Of a stretch of DNA of 64,000 bases, positions 19,091-27,804 are shown one piece after another. The DNA is from Spirochaetia bacterium. GTDB taxonomy: Bacteria > Spirochaetota > Spirochaetia > DSM-2461. The stretch lies in the NCBI GenBank assembly GCA_963666985.2, contig CAXXIA010000002.1, positions 3,057,189 through 3,121,188 of the forward strand, written 5' to 3'. Below the pieces are notes generated by a model. It was not told where the DNA came from. It did not search any database and saw only the letters and a program-made list of their open reading frames with translations. Each line of letters opens with the position of its first letter. Position 1 is the stretch's first letter. Both the position numbers and the translations under genes were made by a program.

Positions 19091-20101
19091 ATGACCCCCG
19101 AAGCCCGTCGAACCTCCGCCGTTCCCATCCCGCCCACGGGCGTTCCCGCCGATACCGGCGCTTTCTCAGCCTCCCTCCGGGCCGAGAATCTTCCTCCCCA
19201 CGCCGCGTCCTGCATAAGCGGCCCCTCCGTCGGCTGCCGGACTCCTGAGTTCAACATCGAACCCGAAGACGTTCTTCTTCCGCCCGGAGATCCGCTGAAA
19301 ATCATTCGCCGCGAACCGCAAATTCCCTATCCGCTTCATACCCACAGCTTCGCCGAATTGGTCCTCATCACATCCGGAACGGGAGGACACCGCGTTGAGG
19401 ACGGCCTGGTTCCCGTCGGCGCCGGGGATGTTTTCGTTATTCGGGGAGAAAAAGCGCACGGTTATGAAAAACTGAAAGATCTTTATCTCATCAATGTTCT
19501 TTTTCAGCCCTCCCTCTTGGAATATCCCATGCAGGACTTAACGAGACTGGCCGGATTCCACGCTTTGTTCTCTTTGGAGCCGCAATGGCGCGACGGAGGA
19601 GAAACGGTCCATTTGCACCTGGATGCCGGACGTCTGGATGCCGCGCTAACCCTTGTGGAGCGCATTGAAAGTGAACTCCGTGTCCGAGAGGAAGGCTATC
19701 GCTTCATGGCCGCGGCTCATTTCCTTCGCCTGGTGGGGGAGCTTTCCCGGTGGTATTCGGGCGCCTCCCATCCCGGAGCACGCCGGCTTTTCCGGATCGG
19801 CAAGGCCTTGAGCCTCATGGAGCACCGTTTGGAGGGCCCCATTACATCCGAAGAATTGGTCTCATTAACTGGTCTTTCCATCTCAACGCTGAACAGAGCC
19901 TTTCACCGGGCCGTGGGACTCTCTCCTTTGGCCTATCACATGCGGCTGCGGCTCCGCCGGGCCGGAGAAGTGCTGCGGAGTACGGATTTGAGCATCACGG
20001 AAACGGCGGGGCGCTGCGGTTTCGACGATGCGAACTACTTTGCCCGGTGCTTTAAGAAAACGATGGGCTGCTCTCCCCGGGAATACAGGGAACGAAACTG
20101 A
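19091..20101 (+). CDS. AraC-family regulator with cupin sensor domain (RhaR/RhaS-like), divergent from rhaA
   Basis: LHTHSFAELVLITSGTGGH cupin, C-terminal CGFDDANYFARCFKK. The first ~60 aa are low-complexity, so the start is uncertain. Confidence 0.85.
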   Translation: MTPEARRTSAVPIPPTGVPADTGAFSASLRAENLPPHAASCISGPSVGCRTPEFNIEPEDVLLPPGDPLKIIRREPQIPYPLHTHSFAELVLITSGTGGHRVEDGLVPVGAGDVFVIRGEKAHGYEKLKDLYLINVLFQPSLLEYPMQDLTRLAGFHALFSLEPQWRDGGETVHLHLDAGRLDAALTLVERIESELRVREEGYRFMAAAHFLRLVGELSRWYSGASHPGARRLFRIGKALSLMEHRLEGPITSEELVSLTGLSISTLNRAFHRAVGLSPLAYHMRLRLRRAGEVLRSTDLSITETAGRCGFDDANYFARCFKKTMGCSPREYRERN

Positions 20102-20274
20102 AAGCGGCCGCGGCTGAAAATACACCTGCCGATTGAATCAAAATCGACGGACCATCCGCAAATCCTCAAAGCGGGGCGATAAGGGCGATAGGAGCGGAAC
20201 ATCAACAATCCCGCGAAGAGGCCTTTCCATAGAACCTCTCGGTAAATGAAAGCGGCAACCCGGAGGTTGCCCGG

Positions 20275-21615
20275 TACGGGTTCAGGACATCGTTTACACG
20301 AGAGTACCAGGACATCCTTTACACGACAAGAACTAAAATGATCAGCACTTTCCCTTATCGAGGTGCTGGTTATGCCGTGGAAGGAGACCAATATTATGGA
20401 CGTCAAATTCGAGTTCGCCCTCAAGGCCATGGATCCCCATGTCTGTATGAAAGACCTCTGTGCTGAGTACGGGATCTCCCGGCCGACAGGCCTTAAATGG
20501 AAAAACCGGTTTATCCAGGAAGGGCTCGCCGGGTTGAAGGAACGACCCCGTAGACCTCGCAGCAGCCCCAACCAAACGCCTGAAGACGTTATATGCGGTA
20601 TTATCCGGATCAAGACGTTGCACAACTCCAGCTGGGGGCCAAAAAAGATTCTCGAGATCTACCAGAAGACCCATCCTCATAATAATCCCCCAAGCCTCAC
20701 CACCGTCAAACGCATCCTTGATAAAGCAGGACTGGTTCATCATCGAAAGAAACGGCAGCAGACCAAAGGCAGCCGAATCCAAACACATCTGCAGGCCAAA
20801 GCCCCTAATGATATCTGGACGGTCGACTTCAAAGGATGGTGGTACACTCCCGATAATGAAAAGTGTGAACCTCTGACGGTTCGGGATGAATACTCCAAAT
20901 ACATCTTCACCATCAAAGCTCTCCAAAAGGCTGACACACAAGAAGTTAGAACAGAGTTCGAAAAGCTCTTTTCTCTCTATGGAATCCCTCGGGTAATCCG
21001 CTCCGATAACGGACCACCCTTTGCTTCCATGAAGGGATTACTCGGACTCACCCGCTTAAGTGTTTGGTGGCTGGCCTTGGGAATTGAACTTGATCGCATC
21101 ACTCCAGGAAGGCCTTGTGAAAACGGAGGGCATGAAAGAATGCATGCCGATATCAAACGCGAATTGCAGGGACAGATTCAAGGGAACCTCTCAGAACATC
21201 AGGCACACTTTGATGTTTGGAGAAATCAATTCAACAGTGTTCGTCCGCATGAAGCTCTCAAAATGCAGACTCCCGGAAGTATTTACACAAAGTCCAATCG
21301 GCCTTTCCCTCCTCGAATCCCTCAGGTGATCTACCCGGCCGGGTATCTGGTGAGAATGGTGAATAATCGGGGAGCCGTTACTATCGACAGGCATAGAGTC
21401 TTTGTCAGTTATGTCTTTTCAGGATACCAAGTTGGACTTCGGGAGAATGAGGATGAGAGCTTCACCGTATGGTTTGACAATCTCAGATTGGGAGAAATTG
21501 ATTTGAAAACCTATGCCTTTCTCCCTTCAGTTGATGGATTCAAATGCTTCGTTTAAGCTTGTTTTGTGTAAACGATGTCCTGAACCTAAAATGTAAAGGA
21601 TGTCCTGGTCGCTCA
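20275..21615 (+). mobile_element. IS481-family insertion sequence
   Basis: Single transposase flanked by inverted repeats: 20279-20299 is the perfect reverse complement of 21566-21586 (21 bp) and 20306-20323 of 21592-21609 (18 bp). Visibly lower GC. Exact termini inferred by symmetry. Confidence 0.88.
20372..21556 (+). CDS. IS481-family DDE transposase (rve integrase core)
   Basis: MPWKET N-terminus after GAGGTG, HTH GISRPTGLKW, WTVDFKG, SDNGPPF, NGGHERMH, RPHEAL. Confidence 0.93.
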   Translation: MPWKETNIMDVKFEFALKAMDPHVCMKDLCAEYGISRPTGLKWKNRFIQEGLAGLKERPRRPRSSPNQTPEDVICGIIRIKTLHNSSWGPKKILEIYQKTHPHNNPPSLTTVKRILDKAGLVHHRKKRQQTKGSRIQTHLQAKAPNDIWTVDFKGWWYTPDNEKCEPLTVRDEYSKYIFTIKALQKADTQEVRTEFEKLFSLYGIPRVIRSDNGPPFASMKGLLGLTRLSVWWLALGIELDRITPGRPCENGGHERMHADIKRELQGQIQGNLSEHQAHFDVWRNQFNSVRPHEALKMQTPGSIYTKSNRPFPPRIPQVIYPAGYLVRMVNNRGAVTIDRHRVFVSYVFSGYQVGLRENEDESFTVWFDNLRLGEIDLKTYAFLPSVDGFKCFV

Positions 21616-21728
21616 GCCCCGAATCGGTTCTTCCTTAATACGTCCCGCGGCCCGCTTGCCGTTTAATAAGGATTGTGAAAGTCTCCGTAACCTGGCTGAA
21701 CACCGTATTGTTTCGCGAACCGGGGAGG

Positions 21729-22907
21729 CTACAGCCGCACTTCGCTCAGTTCCTTCTCTCCGCCGAGAAAAGCCGCGACTTCTCCCATTAAGCGGGAAAT
21801 ATTCAGCTTCTGCGGACACTTGGTTTCGCATTCGCCGCAGGAAACGCAGTGCAGAGCCCTCGAATCGGTTTTGGAAATGCCTTTCTCAAAAGATGTCAGC
21901 ATCCAGGCATATTTACCGCGGGCTCCGGCGATATCTCCGAACATCGCCGCATTATTAAACGTCTTGAAATTCTCCGGAATATCAACTCCCTGCGGACAGG
22001 GCCGGCAATAACCGCATTCGGTACAGCCGATGGCTTTCAATTGCCGGTAGGCATTCCGGGCTTCGTCGAAGAGAGCCCTCTCTTCATCGTTTAAATCGCC
22101 GACGGAAGCTTCGGCGGCGATGTTTATGTTCTCGCGCGTCTGTGAAAGAGAACTCATGCCGCTTAAAACGATGCCGATTTCCCGCTGATCCCAGAGCCAG
22201 CGGAGCGCTCTTTCCACGGGAGTCCACTCCGGATGCGCCGATTTGGCCCAAATCTCTCGAATCGGCGGCGGCGGATCGGCCAGATTCCCTCCGAGCAGAG
22301 GTTCCATAATGATCACGCCGATCCCTTTTTCATGGGCCAGTTTCAGACCTTTAAGACCGGCCTGTTCTTTCACGTCCATGAAATTGTACTGAATCTGACA
22401 AACATCCCAATCCCACCCGCCGAGGATGGTTTCAAAGGCGGGGTAGGCGTCGTGAAAGCTGAAACCCGCGTATCCAATCTCGCCGGATTCTTTTTTCGCG
22501 GCCAGCCAATCCAAAATGCCGAGATTCACCACGGTCTTCCATCGCTCGCCGTCCAGGGAGTGCAGAAGGTATACGTCAATGCGTTCTCTTTTTAGCCGCC
22601 GTTTCTGCTCGTCGAAGAACCGGTCCATATCCGCCGGCTCTTTTAAAAGCCAGCAAGGCATTTTATCCGCGATTTTTATCTTGTCGCGCCTTTCTCCCGT
22701 AACGGCGTCCGCTATGAACGATTCACTTTCCCCGTCGTGATAGGGCCAAGCCGTATCCAGGTAATCAACCCCCGCGTCGATGGCCTCATGGAGCATGGCC
22801 GCCGATTCTTTTCGTTCGATTTTCCCATTATGCGTGGGAAATCTCATGCAGCCGAAGCCGAGAGCGGACACTTCCGGACCTTTGGGACCGATTTTGCGAC
22901 GATTCAT
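21729..22907 (-). CDS. Aldo/keto reductase with C-terminal 4Fe-4S dicluster domain
   Basis: LGFGCMRFP, DTAWPYH, YLLHSL, IMEPLLGG, VLSGMS; CTECGYCRPC and CVSCGECETKCP. Confidence 0.92.
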   Translation of the reverse strand: MNRRKIGPKGPEVSALGFGCMRFPTHNGKIERKESAAMLHEAIDAGVDYLDTAWPYHDGESESFIADAVTGERRDKIKIADKMPCWLLKEPADMDRFFDEQKRRLKRERIDVYLLHSLDGERWKTVVNLGILDWLAAKKESGEIGYAGFSFHDAYPAFETILGGWDWDVCQIQYNFMDVKEQAGLKGLKLAHEKGIGVIIMEPLLGGNLADPPPPIREIWAKSAHPEWTPVERALRWLWDQREIGIVLSGMSSLSQTRENINIAAEASVGDLNDEERALFDEARNAYRQLKAIGCTECGYCRPCPQGVDIPENFKTFNNAAMFGDIAGARGKYAWMLTSFEKGISKTDSRALHCVSCGECETKCPQKLNISRLMGEVAAFLGGEKELSEVRL

Positions 22908-23129
22908 GGAGCACCTCCCGGGCGATCATTCACGTTATTATAAATATTTTCCGTTTTTCCGGGGAGGGCCAATACATCATCTCCTCTTCCGGTCCAATTT
23001 CCCGCATCCCTCGATTCGGCCGAATCCGGGATGAAGGAAGAACAGGAGGCCTCTCGCCGGGCCTGTCGGAGGTCCGATTTTTTCCGTGCCGGATCTTTTC
23101 AAAAACGCCGAATCGGTTTCTCGCCGCTT

Positions 23130-23681
23130 TTATTCGGAGAAGGCGTTCTCAAGCTCGGCAAGGAATCCCTTGACATCACCGTTGATATACCGCTCTTTAA
23201 TACGGCCCTGCTCGTCGAACGCTTCCCAAATATTTGCGATTCCGATTTGCGTGTCCAAGAGTTTCATGCCGAGAAAGTTCAGGATTTCCCGAAGCTGCCT
23301 AATCGAATGCATAGCCCCGCCTCCGCCGTAACCGACAAAACCCACAGGCTTCCCTTTCCATTCTTTATAGAGGTAATCAACGGCGTTTTTAAGAGCCGGC
23401 GGATAACCATGATTGTATTCGGGAGTAACGAAAACAAATCCGTCCGCGCTTCCGATCAAACGGCTCCAGCTTCGGGTCTGTTCATGCGAATATTCGCCGT
23501 TCCCCATTGAGGGGGGAACCGGTTCGTTCATGAACGGCAAGTTGATCTCCGCCAAATCGATGAGTTCAAAATCCAGATTGCCATCGAAGTTCGCCGTTTG
23601 GTTCATAAACCATTCCGCAACTCTTTTCCCGGCCCGCCCGGTCCGAACGCTCCCGATGACGACTTTAATGTTCTTCTTCAT
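23130..23681 (-). CDS. NADPH-dependent FMN reductase (flavodoxin-like)
   Basis: GSVRTGR, VTPEYNHGYPPALKNAVDY, KPVGFVGYG. Confidence 0.92.
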   Translation of the reverse strand: MKKNIKVVIGSVRTGRAGKRVAEWFMNQTANFDGNLDFELIDLAEINLPFMNEPVPPSMGNGEYSHEQTRSWSRLIGSADGFVFVTPEYNHGYPPALKNAVDYLYKEWKGKPVGFVGYGGGGAMHSIRQLREILNFLGMKLLDTQIGIANIWEAFDEQGRIKERYINGDVKGFLAELENAFSE

Positions 23682-23775
23682 TCTTTTCTCCCTTCATTGC
23701 GGTTCATGCGAATGAAATATCTACGAAAATCATAAATATTATCAAAAAAATCAAGTTTAAACGGCTCATGAAGGA

Positions 23776-23858
23776 TTGAAATAAACATAAAGGCAAACAT
23801 ACAAACAAACACATTTTTCAAGATAACCTGATCGAAAACGAATAAAAACAAAATAAAA
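23776..23858 (+). promoter_or_regulatory. AT-rich promoter region with AAACA direct repeats, putative DeoR operator
   Basis: AAACATA at 23783 and 23795, AAACA at 23803 and 23807, tandem AAAACGAATA/AAAACAAATA at 23835-23854, TTGAAA at 23776; upstream of the DeoR-headed operon. Confidence 0.45.
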
Positions 23859-23936
23859 AGCCAATGGTAAATCTTGAAAAAGCCGAAAGAAGGGAATATA
23901 TTTGGTCGATAGAAAGGTAAGGCAAAGGAGTTCCCC

Positions 23937-24695
23937 TTGCAGCTCCTCAATGAAAGAGAACGGAAAATCATAGACATTCTCATCGAAAATCCCCGCATGG
24001 GGATGAACGACATGAGTAAGCTTCTTGACGTTTCGACGGTAACCCTCCGAAGCGATTTCGATGATCTTGCCGATAAGGGCTACCTCATCCGAACTCGGGG
24101 CGGCGCCCTTCCGGCCTTTCATCCGGCCATTCTCGCCCGGCAAAAGACCTTTACCGAAGCGAAAACGGCCATCGCCAAAGCGGCCGCGGATCTCATATCC
24201 GACGGCGACACCGTCATGATTGAAGCCGGAACCACAACATCCCTCATCGGCCGTTTTCTGCTGGGCAAACGGGGAGTCAAGGTGGTTACCGATTCCACGC
24301 TCCTTTTGCCTTATGCCCGTTCCAATCCCGCACTGCATCTGACCATCGTCGGAGGCATCTTCCATCCCGAGGCCGAATCCATGGTTGGTCCCATCGCGGT
24401 TGATCACCTCAAGCAGTTCCATGTGAAGACGGCGTTCATCGGAACCGACGGGCTTTCGGTGGAAAACGGACTTACAACGCATATGATGGAAGCTACGGAA
24501 GTCGTTCGGACCATGCATAACAGGTCCGACAGAACGGTTCTCTTGGCCGATTCGGGGAAATGGGGACAGGCCGGTTTTGCACGCATCATACCCTTGGATG
24601 AAGTTGATATTCTGGTAACCGACTCCGGACTTTCGGAATCGGCCCGAGATGAAATTAGAACGATGGGGATAGAACTCCTCGTCGCCGAACCGTAA
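23937..24695 (+). CDS. DeoR/GlpR-family transcriptional regulator
   Basis: VSTVTLRSDF...RTRGGA HTH; EAGTTT, LADSGKW sugar-phosphate sensor; TTG start after AAGGAG. Confidence 0.93.
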   Translation: MQLLNERERKIIDILIENPRMGMNDMSKLLDVSTVTLRSDFDDLADKGYLIRTRGGALPAFHPAILARQKTFTEAKTAIAKAAADLISDGDTVMIEAGTTTSLIGRFLLGKRGVKVVTDSTLLLPYARSNPALHLTIVGGIFHPEAESMVGPIAVDHLKQFHVKTAFIGTDGLSVENGLTTHMMEATEVVRTMHNRSDRTVLLADSGKWGQAGFARIIPLDEVDILVTDSGLSESARDEIRTMGIELLVAEP

Positions 24696-24705
24696 AGGAA
24701 GGACT

Positions 24706-26145
24706 ATGGCACAAGAAATCGTCATGCCCAAACTGGGCAACACCGTCGAATCGGTGGTCATCTTGGAATGGCGCAAGAATATCGGAGAGAGCATCGCCGT
24801 CGGGGAGGTTCTCTGCGAAGTGGAGACCGACAAAGCGACACTCGACGTGGAGGCCGAAATTGCTGGCACCCTTCTGGCCAGATATTATGAAGCGGACGAT
24901 GAAGTGGCCGTTCTTGTGCCCTTCGCCGTTATCGGCGAGGCCGGAGAGGATGTTTCTTCTTTTGCAGCCGCCGAAGCTTCATCTTCTGAAGCCTCATCCG
25001 TTTCGGATCAGGGCGCTCCCACCGATACCGGCGCTTCCTCGGCCGCCCCGGCCGCACAGACCGCCTCCTCCGCGGACGGGAAAGGCGGCGCCTTATCCGA
25101 TCAGGCCGCAGGCAACTCGGCCGCGCCGGGAATCTCTCCCCGCGCCCGAAACCTGGCCGCCTCGTCGGGCCTCGGCGGCCTTCCCGCCGCCGGCAGCGGC
25201 CCCGGCGGCCGAATCATCGAACCGGATGTACGGGCCGCCCTTGAGGGACGCATGCCCCTGACTCCCGCGGCCCTGGCCGCCGGCGGTCCGGCTCCCGCGG
25301 TCGGAACCGGAATCGGCGGCCGTGTGACGGCAGCCGATGCGGCCGGTTATGCGGGCCTTCCCGCCGGGGCGGCCGAGGCTTCCGCGGCAAGCCGAGCGCC
25401 TTCCATGCCCGCCGCGTCCGTTTTTTCACGTACGGAAGAGTTCCCCGGCCCCGTGGAGAGCATCCCTGTGAAGGGAGTGCGCAAAGTTATCGCCAAGAGT
25501 ATGTATGCCTCCCTGCATGAAACGGCTCAGCTGACTCTGAATTCCTCGGCGAATGCCGCCGCTTTGCTTTCCTGGCGCGCCGGCTTTAAGAACAGTCCGG
25601 AAGATATGGGACTCTCGAAGATTTCCATCAACGATTTGGTGATGTATGCCGTCGCCAAACTTCTGCCGCTGCATCCGGGCCTTAATGCCCATTTCCTGGG
25701 GTCTGAAATCAAACGGTTTCGGCATGTCCATTTGGGATGCGCCGTGGATACGCCCAAGGGACTCATGGTTCCGGTTATCCGTTATGCCGATACACTCTCG
25801 CTCTCGCAGCTCTCGGCGGAAACACGCCGACTCGCCGCGGCCTGCCGGGATGGAAAGGCCCTCCCCGATGAGCTTTCGGGCGGCACGTTCACCGTTACCA
25901 ATCTGGGTGCTTTCGGCATCGAGAGCTTCACTCCGGTTCTCAACGCGCCGGAAGCGGCCATCCTCGGTGTGGGGACTATCACGAACGCGGCCGTCGAAAA
26001 GCCCGACGGAAGCCTCGGAATCGAAAAGAGGCTGGGACTCTCGCTCACCATAGACCATCAGGCGGTTGACGGAGCGCCCGGTGCCCGATTCCTGAAGGAT
26101 CTCTCCGATATGATCGCGCATTTGGAATGGGCAATGGCCCTGTAG
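24706..26145 (+). CDS. Dihydrolipoamide acyltransferase (E2) with one lipoyl domain
   Basis: VETDKAT lipoyl-Lys, Ala/Ser/Gly linker, ISPRAR...GSGPGGRI subunit-binding domain, GTFTVTNLG, DHQAVDG catalytic motif. Confidence 0.94.
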   Translation: MAQEIVMPKLGNTVESVVILEWRKNIGESIAVGEVLCEVETDKATLDVEAEIAGTLLARYYEADDEVAVLVPFAVIGEAGEDVSSFAAAEASSSEASSVSDQGAPTDTGASSAAPAAQTASSADGKGGALSDQAAGNSAAPGISPRARNLAASSGLGGLPAAGSGPGGRIIEPDVRAALEGRMPLTPAALAAGGPAPAVGTGIGGRVTAADAAGYAGLPAGAAEASAASRAPSMPAASVFSRTEEFPGPVESIPVKGVRKVIAKSMYASLHETAQLTLNSSANAAALLSWRAGFKNSPEDMGLSKISINDLVMYAVAKLLPLHPGLNAHFLGSEIKRFRHVHLGCAVDTPKGLMVPVIRYADTLSLSQLSAETRRLAAACRDGKALPDELSGGTFTVTNLGAFGIESFTPVLNAPEAAILGVGTITNAAVEKPDGSLGIEKRLGLSLTIDHQAVDGAPGARFLKDLSDMIAHLEWAMAL

Positions 26146-26148
26146 AAG

Positions 26149-26309
26149 GAGGCTTCTTCAAAATGTGTCTTTGGTCCGTATACTGTGTTCGGCGATGCTC
26201 GAAATGCTCATGTAGTTTTACTACACTGCGCTTTCTGTGCTTCGGCGGCAGCGAGCTGCGAGTCTCGCTCGCTATCTACGAACAAAATCCATCATTTTGA
26301 AGAAGCCTC
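26149..26309. repeat. 161-bp MITE/REP-like palindromic element
   Basis: Perfect 17-bp terminal inverted repeats GAGGCTTCTTCAAAATG / CATTTTGAAGAAGCCTC; internal GCTCA-TGTAG-TTTTA-CTACA-CTGCGCTTT hairpin core. Confidence 0.75.
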
Positions 26310-26332
26310 TAGGAAATATAAGGAAGAAGTGC

Positions 26333-27673
26333 ATGAGTAATTACGATCTGATCATCGTTGGCGGCGGACCCGGAGGGTACAACGCCGCCGAACGCGCCGC
26401 GGCCGGAGGACTGAAAACCCTGGTGGTGGAAAAAGAACACCTGGGCGGTGTTTGTCTGAACCGCGGGTGCATTCCCACGAAAACGCTTTTGGCCGCGGCC
26501 AAGCATTACCATATTGCAACAGGCAGCGCCGAGTTCGGCGTGAAAGCCGCCGATGTCACCATGGACTGGCCGACGGCCATGAAGAGAAAGGTCAAGACGG
26601 TCCGGGCTCTGCGCTCGGGCGTGGGAACCAAACTCAAGAAACATCACGTCGATGTTATCGAGGGAGAGGCGCGTTTTACCGGTCCTAAGGAAATCGAGGT
26701 GAACGGCGAACGTCACGGCGCCTCCAAGATGCTCATCGCCACGGGCTCGCGTCCCTTCATCCCGCCCATCCCCGGAGCCGATTCCCCGTCGGTGATGACC
26801 AGCCGGGAAATCCTGGATATCGATCACATCCCGGAATCCCTCGTGGTGATCGGCGGCGGCGTGATCGGTCTGGAATTCGCCTCGTTGTTCTCCACGCTGG
26901 GAACGAAGGTGACCATCGTGGAAATGCTCCCTGAGATCGTACCGTCGCTGGATGCCGAGGTGGCGGCTCTGCTTCGCGGGCGCCTGGAAAAGCAGGTAAC
27001 CTTTAAACTCGGCGCCAAGGTTGAGAAAATCGACGGAAACACGGTGCACTATACGGACTCAAACGGTGCGGGAAACGCCGCCGGCGAAGTTATTTTGATG
27101 TCCGTGGGACGTCGCCCCGTCACCGACGGCTTGGGCCTGAAAGAAATCGGACTGGATATTCAGCGCGGCGCGATTGTTGTTGATGAGCACATGAGGACGA
27201 ATCTGCCCGGAGTGTGGGCCGCCGGAGACTGCACCGGAAAGAGCCTCTTGGCTCATTCGGCCTACCGCATGGGCGAGGTTGCCGTCAACGATATGCTTTC
27301 CAAAGCGGATCGGATGCGCTACAGCGCCGTTCCTTCGGTGGTGTACAGCATCCCCGAAGCGGCGGGAGTGGGCTTAACCGAAGCGGACGCGGCGAAGGCC
27401 GGCCGAGAGGTGATCACCAAGCAGCTCCCCATGCAGTACAGCGGCCGCTATCTGGCCGAATACGGTCAGCAGCCCGGTTTCGGAAAAATCGTGATCGACG
27501 CGAAAACCCGCGTTCTTCTCGGCGTGCATCTGGTCGGCGCTCAGTGCTCGGAGATGATTTGGGGAGCCGCCGCTCTGATTGAGGCCGAATTCCGCGTGGA
27601 TGAAGTGAAGGAACTCATTTTCCCGCATCCGACGGTCTCTGAAATCATACGGGAAACGGCCTGGGAGTTTTAG
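26333..27673 (+). CDS. lpdA: Dihydrolipoamide dehydrogenase (E3)
   Basis: GGGPGGY, GGVCLNRGCIP redox disulfide, GGGVIGLE, HPTVSE; start MSNYD. Confidence 0.95.
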   Translation: MSNYDLIIVGGGPGGYNAAERAAAGGLKTLVVEKEHLGGVCLNRGCIPTKTLLAAAKHYHIATGSAEFGVKAADVTMDWPTAMKRKVKTVRALRSGVGTKLKKHHVDVIEGEARFTGPKEIEVNGERHGASKMLIATGSRPFIPPIPGADSPSVMTSREILDIDHIPESLVVIGGGVIGLEFASLFSTLGTKVTIVEMLPEIVPSLDAEVAALLRGRLEKQVTFKLGAKVEKIDGNTVHYTDSNGAGNAAGEVILMSVGRRPVTDGLGLKEIGLDIQRGAIVVDEHMRTNLPGVWAAGDCTGKSLLAHSAYRMGEVAVNDMLSKADRMRYSAVPSVVYSIPEAAGVGLTEADAAKAGREVITKQLPMQYSGRYLAEYGQQPGFGKIVIDAKTRVLLGVHLVGAQCSEMIWGAAALIEAEFRVDEVKELIFPHPTVSEIIRETAWEF

Positions 27674-27804
27674 CGGACCGATTGTCCGTCCTCGGGTGAA
27701 AGGGACGCTTGGACCGTTAAGCGACAGGCGTCATGGAAGAGAAATCAGAACACCGGCGGCGTTCGCCGGTGAGTCGGAATATTAGGAACCAAGGAGATCA
27801 TCCA

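Noticed and set aside
20283..20324. Tandem 17-bp repeats as CRISPR or iterons
   Set aside because: Explained as IS481 terminal sub-repeats, mirrored at 21566-21609.
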